From the NCBI RefSeq assembly GCF_006345805.1, contig NW_021824371.1:1-18857 (forward strand): a stretch of 18,857 nucleotides of DNA. Direction: 5' to 3'. The DNA comes from Octopus sinensis. Taxonomy: Eukaryota. Shown here piece after piece: positions 1-8,816 of this stretch; position 1 is the first letter of the stretch, and every line of letters starts with the position of its first letter. Position numbers and translations under genes: made by a program. Below the pieces are notes generated by a model. That model searched no databases. It saw only the letters and a program-made list of their open reading frames with translations, and was not told the DNA's origin.

Positions 1-70
1 GTTGTTGTTGTTGGCAGTGATGGTGATGGTGGTGTTGGTGGTGATGTTGGTGATGTTGGTGATGGTCGTC
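1..70. repeat. Degenerate GTT/GGT/GAT trinucleotide low-complexity tract
   Basis: Reads gttgttgttgtt...ggtgatggtggtgttggtggtgatg; explains the V/M/L-rich start of ORF 2..268. Confidence 0.7.
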
Positions 71-164
71 GTGTATATATATCGTAGTTGTTGCTGGTTT
101 GCTGGTAATGATAAAAGTAGCAAAGATTGTGGAAGATTTGGACACGGCGGTCGTGTAACTGCTG

Positions 165-312
165 TGTGTTGTAGCCCCGGGTCAATCCTAATTAAGCAGA
201 CAAACGTAGAATCACAGCATTCCAGCCATAATTACTCATCTTTTAATCAATCACAGTATAAAAATTAACAAGATGTGATATTGTGGAGATTTAGCTGCTA
301 TATCTAGCATAT
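165..312 (+). mobile_element. Possible highly degraded SINE-like repeat fragments
   Basis: tagccccgggtcaatcctaattaagcagac...cagcattccagcc and gtgatattgtggagatttagctgctatatctagc resemble cephalopod interspersed repeats as I recall them; no second copy in the window to confirm. Confidence 0.25.
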
Positions 313-428
313 CCATGGATTACGGAGAGTTACCGTTTGTTGTTGCAGTAGTTGCAGGCAGCAGCAGAGAAAGCAACACCATCAGCAGCAGTTGTGGCAG
401 CAAAGATCTGGGGAAGCAGAGTTGATTG

Positions 429-489
<61 letters not shown>

Positions 490-512
490 CGGCGGTGGTG
501 GTGGTGGTGGTG

Positions 513-548
<36 letters not shown>

Positions 549-596
549 GTCGTGGTGGTGGTGGTGGTGGTGGTCGTCGTCGTCGTCGTCGTTGTC

Positions 597-634
<38 letters not shown>

Positions 635-662
635 GGTGGTGGTGGTGGTGGTGGTGGTGGTG

Positions 663-694
<32 letters not shown>

Positions 695-713
695 GTAGTA
701 GTAGTAGTAGTAG
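429..713. repeat. Compound trinucleotide microsatellite (AGT)n/(GGT)n/(CGT)n
   Basis: Alternating in-register blocks of AGT, GGT and CGT; source of the poly-V, poly-S/G and poly-L/P ORFs. Confidence 0.97.
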
Positions 714-1004
714 CGTCTTTTCTGCTTAACTGCAATATTTTGAGATCGCCGCCAAAGCCCTGCTACCTCTGCCAGAGCTTTCTTTTTATTGTTACTCTGG
801 TTTGCCCTTGCTGTTATTTCTGTTGCTACTGCTCCTGTTGTGGTCGTTCTCGTGGCTGTTGTATTATTATGATGGCAGCCATCTTTGCTTTGCTGCCTTT
901 AAATAAGTACTCATAAAGCAAAGCCCATACTTACTAGATGTGCTTCATAAACATGTGCATACAAACTATCATACAAACATGCATGTATCTCTTAGATAGA
1001 TACA

Positions 1005-1082
1005 TATGTATGTATGTATGTGTATACGTATGTATGTATGTATGTATGTATGTATGTATGTATGTATGAATGTGTATGTATA
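1005..1082. repeat. (TATG)n microsatellite
   Basis: Directly visible tetranucleotide array. Confidence 0.95.
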
Positions 1083-1141
1083 TGGATGATACCGGACTAA
1101 TTCTGGTGCCTCAGTTATATATTTAGATTCATCTTTGAATC

Positions 1142-1209
1142 TATATATATAATATATCTATATTATATATATATACACATATATATATATAGATAGATAG
1201 ATGATAGAT

Positions 1210-1264
<55 letters not shown>

Positions 1265-1372
1265 TGCATATATATATTATACATACATAATACATACATA
1301 CACACATACATACAAACATACATACATACATACAAACATACTACATACAACATACATACATACATACATACA

Positions 1373-1407
<35 letters not shown>
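1142..1407. repeat. Compound (TA)n-(GATA)n-(CATA)n microsatellite
   Basis: Directly visible successive arrays. Confidence 0.95.
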
Positions 1408-1634
1408 CACAGCAATATTAGCACACCAGGCATAAGTTAAAATATGTTTGTGACATATTTCAACTAAAGGCAAATTCATTTCACTTACTGTGGAGAAAAA
1501 GTTCTCATTTATGGTAAAAAGGTGTAAACACAGCAAATATGTCCAGTGCTGCCCCTTGTCAAATTCTTATATATATCCCCATGTCCTTCTAATTGTTGTT
1601 TCTCTTGTCCGCTTTTGTATCGTGTATCTGTCCG

Positions 1635-1805
1635 AATGTTTTAATGCCCTCTATTGGGTTTTTGTTCCATTCATATACATATATATACCAATGTTTTAAT
1701 ACCCTCTATTGGGTTTTTGTTCCATTCATATATATATACCAATGTTTTAATACCCTCTATTGGGTTTTTGTTCCATTCATATATATATATATATATATAT
1801 ATACC
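1635..1805. repeat. Three-copy tandem repeat: 40-bp core + variable (AT)n + acc
   Basis: Core aatgttttaat(a/g)ccctctattgggtttttgttccattcat starts at 1635, 1690 and 1741; unit lengths 55, 51 and 65 bp differ only in the AT run. Confidence 0.95.
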
Positions 1806-1825
1806 AATAAGAAAATGGAGGGGAT

Positions 1826-1950
1826 CAATAAGTGGTATTCATCAACTTTTAGATATTCTAGACATTATAAAAAAAAAGGCACTTGTGTATTAATAATTGG
1901 GTTTTCTACTAGCAGTATATTGGACAGTATTATCCCTTGGCTGGATTAAC
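1826..1950 (+). pseudogene. Possible Penelope-like RT-to-endonuclease linker fragment
   Basis: Translation INKWYSSTFRYSRHYKKKGTCVLIIGFSTSSILDSII loosely follows the Penelope linker pattern (IDKHFPxxHxYxKIFNxxTLKISYSxxxNxxSII) as I recall it; lies just upstream of the GIY-YIG fossil. Confidence 0.3.
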
Positions 1951-2229
1951 AAGCTCTAACTCTTTTGGAATTAATTATATATATATATATATAATATATA
2001 TTATATATATATATATATGTACATCCTTTAAGTTTTCGTTTACCGTAACGTTCTGAATATACACAGACAAGCTCCTTTTCTATTATGCCAGCTACAGCCT
2101 AATGATGCCATCTCTAGAATACTATATACATAAACTAAATAATACAAACTCAATAGGATAAAACTAGGGTGGGTAGCATACGGAAAAACCGCAGCTTCTA
2201 ACATAATAAATGACGATGGAATATTTGCA

Positions 2230-2760
2230 AACAGAATAATAAAAGCTCATCAATAACAAAAACGGTTCCAAACAAGACCACACAAGTGGCAGTCCAATCC
2301 ATGCATAAGGAAAATGCGCACACGATTACAAGAGGAAGAACAAATGTGACCACCAGTAATAACTTACAGAATCGGACAAGATAATATGACATGTAACTTC
2401 AGACGAAAAGAGGAATGAAGATTTAACAGCAACTGTATGACAAAGAATGTGGTTTATAAATGTGAAGTGAATGTGGGTACACAGAAATACGTGTACATTG
2501 GTATTACCGGTGTCACCATGAAAAATCGCCTGTGCAACCATCGTATGTCATTTTCTAATGTAAACAAAAAAGCATTCCACATTACTTTCTTACCACATCT
2601 GGAAGCTTAAACAGAATGGAGTGGAGCATCGGACCCACAGGTCTATTATAAAAAATGTTGCACCATACAATAGAACATCATGTAAGCATAAAAGCAAGGC
2701 ATCATAGCTAAAATTCGAAAAAGAAAAACATTTTGAAACCGAAAAACACTAAGTGCTTTT
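2230..2760 (+). pseudogene. Penelope-like element, decayed GIY-YIG endonuclease domain
   Basis: From 2392: CNFRRKEE*RFNSNCMTKNVVYKCEVNVGTQKYVYIGITGVTMKNRLCNHRMSF, then after a frameshift HIWKLKQNGVEH...IIKNVAPYN. This matches the Penelope layout CxC...C...VVY...YIG...R..NH..SF...HIW.LK. YIG is at 2494-2502, with an in-frame stop at 2416-2418; upstream NRIIKAHQ resembles the linker motif. Confidence 0.85.
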
Positions 2761-3210
2761 AGCATATAATAGAACAAGAGAAGAACATAAACAACTAAAC
2801 AAAATAACCACAATTTTCTTATCTTATATGCTATACCATTAAAACAGCAAAAGTAATTAAAAGGATATTTTAAGATAACATCATTTGTTAAATCAGACAA
2901 TGAACTCCAACACTTGGATGGCTGCACCTGCGTCGCTACGGTCGAACCATAGTGTCATCTGCATACTCAAATATCAAAATAATTAGCCACATACACCTCC
3001 ACCTCCTTATAACTACCATTCCTTATTCTCTTTCCATCACTTTTTATTTTTCCCTACCAAATACACACAGATATGCAAACATAACCCAATCAAACTTTTC
3101 GTTAGTCAAAATTCATACGCAAATTTTAGTTAACCATCCGTTAATGCCATAACGCCCGAAAAAATGAATGCATGAACATGATCTACCCGATTTCCATCAA
3201 TACTGTAGAC

Positions 3211-3213
<3 letters not shown>

Positions 3214-3255
<42 letters not shown>
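3214..3255. repeat. (TA)n microsatellite
   Basis: Directly visible. Confidence 0.95.
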
Positions 3256-3256
<1 letters not shown>

Positions 3257-3453
3257 GTCATCCAAGGAATATGGACTATGAACTTAAGAAATATGTGATT
3301 TCTGGAAACGCGCTCAACGACGTATCAAAATATTTATAAATGCTAACCAAGGATTATTAATAGTTTTTGTTTTCTTTGTATCGTCTATCTAGATGTTTTG
3401 TTGAACCTTTTTGTATCACCTGTCTGGATGTTTTGCGTTCTTGTCCCATATCG

Positions 3454-3492
<39 letters not shown>

Positions 3493-3519
3493 AGTAAGAG
3501 TATACGCAGACCTCGATTC

Positions 3520-3560
3520 TCGAACAGCTCAACTCTGATCACGAATAAATCTTGCTTTAT

Positions 3561-3599
<39 letters not shown>

Positions 3600-3605
3600 A
3601 TAGAC

Positions 3606-3666
<61 letters not shown>

Positions 3667-3717
3667 AAGATATAGATATATATACAGCACGATTTATTCG
3701 TGATCAGAGTTGTTCGA
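3520..3717. repeat. Inverted repeat arms (3520-3556 / 3686-3717) enclosing a (TA)n-(TG)n-(GATA)n spacer
   Basis: Left aactctgatcacgaataaatcttgct vs right agcacgatttattcgtgatcagagtt match 25/26 as reverse complements; extends by tcgaac/gttcga across a 5-nt indel. Confidence 0.85.
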
Positions 3718-3731
3718 AAGCAACGATACTA

Positions 3732-3807
3732 CTGTATATATATATACACACACACCACACATATATATATATATATATATTTACATTCATATACATTATA
3801 TATATAC

Positions 3808-3839
<32 letters not shown>

Positions 3840-3890
3840 ATATATGTATTTATTTATTTATATACATATATATACATACATATATGTGTA
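3732..3890. repeat. Degenerate (TA)n/(CA)n/(CATA)n tract
   Basis: Directly visible. Confidence 0.9.
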
Positions 3891-3898
3891 TTCTTTCT

Positions 3899-4110
3899 TG
3901 ACAACCAGTGTTGGTGTGTTTATGTACTCCGTATCTTCGCAAAAGTGACACTGTCTGAAACAAGTAAAATAGTGGCGAGACGTTTGCTTCCCAACTACAT
4001 CGTTCTGAGTTCAGTTCAACCACGTGACAACATGGGTGAGTGTCTTTGACTATAGCCTCGGACTTACCAAGTGAGTGGATCTTGTAGAGGAATGTGAAAG
4101 AAGTAGAAGG
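3899..4110 (+). mobile_element. Degraded tRNA-type SINE pieces
   Basis: B-box-like gttctgagttcagttc (same motif heads the 9896 SINE) followed by tgggtgagtgtctttgactatagcctcgg...gtgagtggat; resembles cephalopod SINE bodies as I recall them. Confidence 0.5.
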
Positions 4111-4117
4111 TTGCTGT

Positions 4118-4237
4118 ATGTATGAACGTATGTATGTACATATATATGTATATCTATAGATCTATATCTACATCTATATATATATTATATATATATATAT
4201 ATTATATATATATATATAGATATATATATATATATAG

Positions 4238-4289
<52 letters not shown>
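4118..4289. repeat. (TATG)n/(TA)n tract
   Basis: Directly visible. Confidence 0.95.
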
Positions 4290-4629
4290 CGTTTGGGCAT
4301 GGTAGAAGAGTTCAGTAAAATTTTAGATTCAGATGAATATGGTACTTAAGTTGAGACACCAAAATTTAGTACGGTAATTATTCATACAATTTCAAAATAA
4401 GTTGATTAAACTCAAAATAAGCAACAACGATATCCAGAGGCAATGCAGTACGATCGTTTCACGCGACTCCATTTAAATGCAGAGCAATCCCCAGCTGCAC
4501 AAAGACATAGAATTTAATTAAATTAAAACAGATGGACACATTAGTATAATTTTGCTTAAAATCTCCAAGAAGTTAAGGAGATAGACAAAGAACATGCTAC
4601 CTTCACTTCAGTTTAGAATCTACAGTAGC

Positions 4630-4983
4630 TAAGCTGAAGTGATGCAGGGTCCTGTTTTCAGACACACGGTCTTCCAGCAGCCACCGTCTTGGCCTAGGAG
4701 GCCTACCTCCTCCAGCAGCCACCGTCTTGGCCTAGGAGGCCTACTTCCTCCAGACACTGTGTTTAGTTTGAGGCCGTGTGGGAAGATGAATGGAGGCATA
4801 ACGTCGACATCACTATTAATCACTCCAAACACCATGATGTTAACTGGATGTTTGATTTTTATCCCTCTCGGTACTTGTCTTCAGATTCCACTGTCCTCAC
4901 ATTGACACCCAAACATTCTGAAATGCTCGTATTGGAGCTTCTGGTGTGAATACCAAGCAGTACAGCATGTCGTTTCCATTCAC
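4630..4983 (-). mobile_element. Internally deleted Tc1/mariner-superfamily transposase fragment, maT (DD37D)-like
   Basis: N-terminal EWKRHAVLLGIHTRSSNTSISECLGVNVRTV is joined near 4888 to VPRGIKIKHPVNIMVFGVINSDVDVMPPFIFPHGLKLNT...LEEV; the MVFG...DxMPPFIF motif is typical of maT-type transposases. The third catalytic residue is absent, so D37D spacing cannot be counted. Confidence 0.7.
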
Positions 4984-5046
4984 CTGTAGATGGTAGTGAG
5001 AGGGACAAACGTACACACACACACACATATATATATGTTTGTGTGT

Positions 5047-5735
5047 GAGTTGTCCGGAAAGTTCGTGCCGATTTATAATAGCTTACCTTTCAACTTATTT
5101 CAGAGCATGGTTGAGTCCATAAAATAGGATTTGACTACGCCTCCGTTTAGAGCACAGTTTAAGCTATCTTTTCGTGAAAGAAGGTTTATGTTCCTATAAC
5201 CTGTGTTAATGCTGTAAACCTTTAAAATGGAAGATAAGAAAGTTCATTTTCGGCACTTTTCTTTTTCCGTAAAGGGAAAAATGCCTCACAAGCAACCAAA
5301 GAAATATGCGCAGTTTACGGTTATGTTTCTTTATCCGAAAGATAAAGGGTGTTGTTTTACAACATGATAATGCAAGACCGCACGTTTCTTTGGGAACCAG
5401 ACAAAAATTGCTGCAGCTCGGCTGGGATGTGTTACCCCATCCTCCATATTCACCACATATTACTCCTTCGGATTTCCACTTTTTTAGGTCTCTGCGGAAT
5501 AGTCTTAATGCTAAAAATTTCAATTCCTTGGATGACGTAAAAAGATACCTTGATGAATTCTTTGCTATGAAAACACCTCAGTTCTGGGAAGAGGGTATTT
5601 TCAAGTTAAAGGAAAGATGGAAACGCATTGTGCAACAAAATGGTTCATATTTGGTTGATTAAAAATGTAATGGCAAATATTTATTGACCTTTTTCTTTCC
5701 GTTAAATATCGGCACGAACTTTCCGGACAACCCAA
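5047..5735 (+). mobile_element. Internally deleted mariner (DD34D) element with TIRs
   Basis: 24-bp perfect inverted repeat gttgtccggaaagttcgtgccgat at 5049-5072 / 5708-5731; TA at 5736-5737; left tip eroded. About 690 bp versus ~1.3 kb for intact mariners. Confidence 0.93.
5227..5662 (+). pseudogene. mariner transposase pseudogene
   Basis: MEDKKVHFRH...(frameshift)FRKGKNASQATKEICAVYG is joined near 5342 to KGVVLQHDNARPH...HPPYSPHITPSDFHFFRSL...RWKRIVQQNGSYLVD*. I count 34 residues between D of HDNA and D of PSDF. Confidence 0.92.
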
Positions 5736-5829
5736 TATATATATGTATATATGTGTGTGTGTATACAACCGCCAACAAAATAACCGTCTTGTATACGACT
5801 TGAACAAACACATATCAGTAGTTAAACAC

Positions 5830-6055
5830 ATGTTCACATGTACATACACATGTACACTCACACAGACACGTCTACACACTTACCTAAATACTCACGTACA
5901 TACATAAGTACATACGTACATACATGCCTACAAACATATATATATGCGTATAGGCATACGCATGTACACATATGCACACGCACATACACGTACACATACA
6001 TATATATACATACATACATACATACATACATACATACATACATACATACATACAT
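5830..6055. repeat. Degenerate (CATA)n/(CA)n tract
   Basis: Directly visible. Confidence 0.9.
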
Positions 6056-6380
6056 GAGACCCCCTTCGATCATGACACAGACCAAGGGATTGCACCTAAA
6101 AAGTTACCCTCGCAGGCACAAGTCCGGGCAAGGTTGTTTAGGGAAGACCAGCAGTCGCCCATGCATACCGGCCTCCCCTCTCCACGCCAGCAATGTGGGA
6201 AAGGCAACGGCCGATACAGATTGGCACCTGTGACGTCGCAACTCATTTCTACAGCTGAGTGAACTGGAGCAACGTGAAATAAAGTGTCTTGCTCAAGAAC
6301 GCAACACGCAGCCCATCCGGGATTCGAGCTCACAACCACACGATCGTAAGCTCGATGCTCTAACCACAGAGCCATGCGCC

Positions 6381-6381
<1 letters not shown>
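6056..6381 (-). mobile_element. tRNA-derived SINE (~326 bp), apparently complete
   Basis: Minus strand begins aggcgcatggctctgtggttagagc (A-box-like), then gagctcgaatcccgg (B-box-like), a central domain ttgagcaagacacttt...gctccagttcactcagctgtagaaatgag, and a 3' end running into (ATGT)n; (CATA)n on both flanks. Confidence 0.85.

Positions 6382-6383
<2 letters not shown>

Positions 6384-6436
<53 letters not shown>
6384..6436. repeat. (CATA)n microsatellite
   Basis: Directly visible. Confidence 0.95.
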
Positions 6437-6437
<1 letters not shown>

Positions 6438-6591
6438 CATGAACTAACTGTTACTTTCTCCGATGCAACAACGAATTTTGTCAGTGATCAAGCGACTAAA
6501 ATATTTTGGCAAATTAAATTTAAATATTGAGGTGAACCTAACGGTTTTTGTGTTTTAAATGGCTTATAAACACATTCCACGCTGCAATTGT

Positions 6592-6634
6592 TTGTGTGTG
6601 TGTGTGCGTGTGTTGTGTGTGTGTGTGTGTGTGT

Positions 6635-6666
<32 letters not shown>
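6592..6666. repeat. (TG)n microsatellite
   Basis: Directly visible. Confidence 0.95.
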
Positions 6667-6668
<2 letters not shown>

Positions 6669-6669
<1 letters not shown>

Positions 6670-7927
6670 AGGGGTTGGACAAAATAATGGAAACACCTTA
6701 AAATTTCAAACAAATTTATTTTAATGTGGGTTGGAACCGCCTTTGGCAGTAATTACAGCTTGAATTCTACAAGGTAAGGACTCGTGCAAAGTTTGAATTG
6801 TTTCCGAAAGTATTCTTGTCTATTCTTCAGCTAAAACAGTCTCCAGTTCTTGTATTGATGATGGTGGAAGATATTGACTCCTTACTTGTTTTTCGAAAAT
6901 GCACCATAAATGTTCAATAACATTGAGATCTGGGGACTGTGGTGGCCAGATAAGATGTTCAACTTCACTAGAATGTTCCACGTGCCATTCAGTAACAACT
7001 TTAGCTGTGTGAATTGGTGCATTATCATCCTGAAAGATTGCGTTTCCCTCCGGAAACCGTTCAGCAACAATAGGACGAATTTGATCAGATAAAATGCTTA
7101 AATAGTCTTGACTATTAATACTGCCATGAAGGGAAACCATTGGGCCGGCGGATTTCCAAGATACACCCCCCCCCCGCCACCCAGATCATCACAGATCCTC
7201 TTCCATGTTTAACAGTTGGAAGAAGGCAGTCTGAGCCAAACGCTTTTTTGGGCTGTCTCCACACGAATACTCGGCTGGTGGTCAGAAATAAGGTAAAGGA
7301 TGCCTCGTCCACGAAAATAACATTCTTCCACTGCTCTAGGGACCAATTCTGTAGGTTTTTACTCCACTCTAAACGCTTTGCAACGTTTGTTTTTGAAAGT
7401 AGTGGTTTTCTGATTGCAGCTCTCCCGTGAAATCCGGCTTTGTGCAGCTCTCGGCGAACAGTTTTTGCGGAAACTGGGTTCTCGAGGTGGTCATTAAGCT
7501 CTGCAATAATTTTGGAAGCTGTACTTTTATGATCCTTTCTAACAATTCGCGTAAGAGTTGGACGGTCCCTATCTGAAAGTTTGGTTTTCTTCCAGAGTTT
7601 TGTTTTAACGAGGAGGTGTTTCCCTCTTTCTTTAAAGGCTGTCATTACTTTCGAGATAGTACTTCTTGATACACCAAACATTTCGGCTGTTTTCGTTACA
7701 CTAGCACCTGTCATACAAGCACCAACAATTTGACCTCTTTGAAAGTCCGATAGATTTTTCATTTTAATGAATTTTAATTACTTTTTTCTGATGATAACTG
7801 AAAAAAACAGCAATTTTAGCAAAACGTATTAAGCAACACTAAATCAAAAAACATAAAAAATAAACAAGCTTTTGACGGCTTTATAGATATTTCAAAATTA
7901 TGATGCCATTATTTTGTCCAACCCCTG
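6669..7927 (-). mobile_element. Full-length Tc1-family DNA transposon, DD36E (Incomer-type) spacing
   Basis: 22-bp perfect TIRs caggggttggacaaaataatgg at 6669-6690 / 7906-7927; TA at 6667-6668 and 7928-7929; 1259 bp; transposase on the minus strand. Confidence 0.95.
6721..7762 (-). pseudogene. Tc1-like transposase pseudogene
   Basis: MKNLSDFQRGQIVGA (HTH)...VIFVDEASF (first D)...TVKHGRGSVMIW, frameshift at the C10 run 7166-7175, then FQDDNAPIH...WPPQSPDLNVIEHLW (36 residues D to E). Premature TAG at 6820-6822; reading continues to AKGGSNPH* ending at 6721. Confidence 0.93.
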
Positions 7928-7936
7928 TATATATAT

Positions 7937-7985
<49 letters not shown>
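7928..7985. repeat. (TA)n microsatellite abutting the right TIR
   Basis: Directly visible. Confidence 0.95.
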
Positions 7986-7987
<2 letters not shown>

Positions 7988-8029
7988 CATGCTTGTTATA
8001 TGTGTGTGTGTGGTGTATAATTTAGGGAA

Positions 8030-8660
8030 GAGGATAACTAAATCGAGGTTGGACAAGCTTGTCAGTTCATTTCAATTAGTTTAATGCGGAAGCGAAGTAA
8101 GCAAAAATAGAAATAATAATGTCTTACAACCGTTTCATGAATATCCCAGTTAATGGATCAATATGTTGATCCACATTTCCATAAGCTGGGTATTCCGTCT
8201 TCGGACACAAAATAAACATATAAGTAAAAGGATATATATAGGCAGTAAAAAAAATATATGGTGATGTAGAGAGAATTTGATGTGGAGAAATGTGTAGCAA
8301 GATATGAAGTTCAAGGTTCGTTATAGCTCATAGTCCACCATGTTCCGGAGGGTATGGAGATTTATCCATATTCCCGTAAAGGTGTACTTCCTTACGTATA
8401 TTCCTAAGTCAGTCCATAGTTCAGAATGAGGATTGGATAATGTATCCAACAGAAAGAAAGGCTTCGGGTCGCAGAACCGCTGCAATTAATGTGTAAATCT
8501 GAGAAGGGGATGTATATTCGTAAAATCATAATTAACTGACCCTCTTGTATTTTCTTATACCTAAAGTAAGATAACACCGTTTAATGAGATTACCTTAGTT
8601 TCACATCCATAAAGGGCGTAGCATTATAGTGTATCATTAGATCCCAAAACCTGTTGACTG
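8030..8660 (-). mobile_element. Unclassified interspersed repeat, putative Penelope terminal (pLTR) region
   Basis: Complex sequence bounded by microsatellites, no convincing ORF, contains a hammerhead-like fold; the assignment rests on the known hammerhead/Penelope association. Confidence 0.3.
8120..8209 (-). ncRNA. Degenerate type-I hammerhead-ribozyme-like motif
   Basis: Minus strand: tgtgt | ccgaaga | cg gaata cccag c tta...tggatcaa cata ttgatcca t taa ctggg a tattc at | gaaa | cggttg | ta | agaca. Stem I 4/5 pairs, long stem II, GUA triplet; stem II closing pairs are mismatched. Confidence 0.5.
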
Positions 8661-8671
8661 AATGCCTCTCT

Positions 8672-8756
8672 ATGTATGTATGTATGTATGTATGTATGTA
8701 TGTATGTATGTATGTATGCATATGCATATGCATATATATGTGAGTGTGTGTGTATG

Positions 8757-8812
<56 letters not shown>
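8672..8812. repeat. (TATG)n-(TG)n-(CA)n-(TA)n compound microsatellite
   Basis: Directly visible. Confidence 0.95.

Positions 8813-8816
<4 letters not shown>

Noticed and set aside
2-1536. Long ORFs such as poly-V, poly-S/G, poly-L/P and YVCM repeats
   Set aside because: They are stop-free readings of tri- and tetranucleotide microsatellites, with no domain content or splice context.
1635-1805. Repeat-spacer look resembling a CRISPR array
   Set aside because: The spacers are only (AT)n runs, the context is eukaryotic, and there are no cas genes.
2895-2970. Possible hammerhead remnant at the end of the Penelope fossil (gacaatgaa...gaaccatagtgtc)
   Set aside because: Neither CUGANGA nor GAAA is intact; too degenerate to support.
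3284-3325. cttaaga...gaaacgcgctc, reminiscent of a Penelope hammerhead
   Set aside because: The core is mutated, the only hairpin uses the core bases themselves, and there is no stem I.
4325-4380. cagatga-atatggt...acacca-aaat hammerhead-like ordering
   Set aside because: Multiple core mismatches and weak stems; indistinguishable from chance in AT-rich DNA.
6300-6381. tRNA gene on the minus strand
   Set aside because: A- and B-box-like motifs are present, but I cannot fold a full cloverleaf and the sequence continues into a SINE body.
7788-7794. Canonical CTGATGA motif
   Set aside because: It lies in the Tc1 5' region with no stem II, GAAA and stem III arrangement.
8590-8630. Minus-strand LYGCET, resembling an RTE/L2 RT motif
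   Set aside because: An isolated hexapeptide with stops nearby and no other RT motifs in frame.
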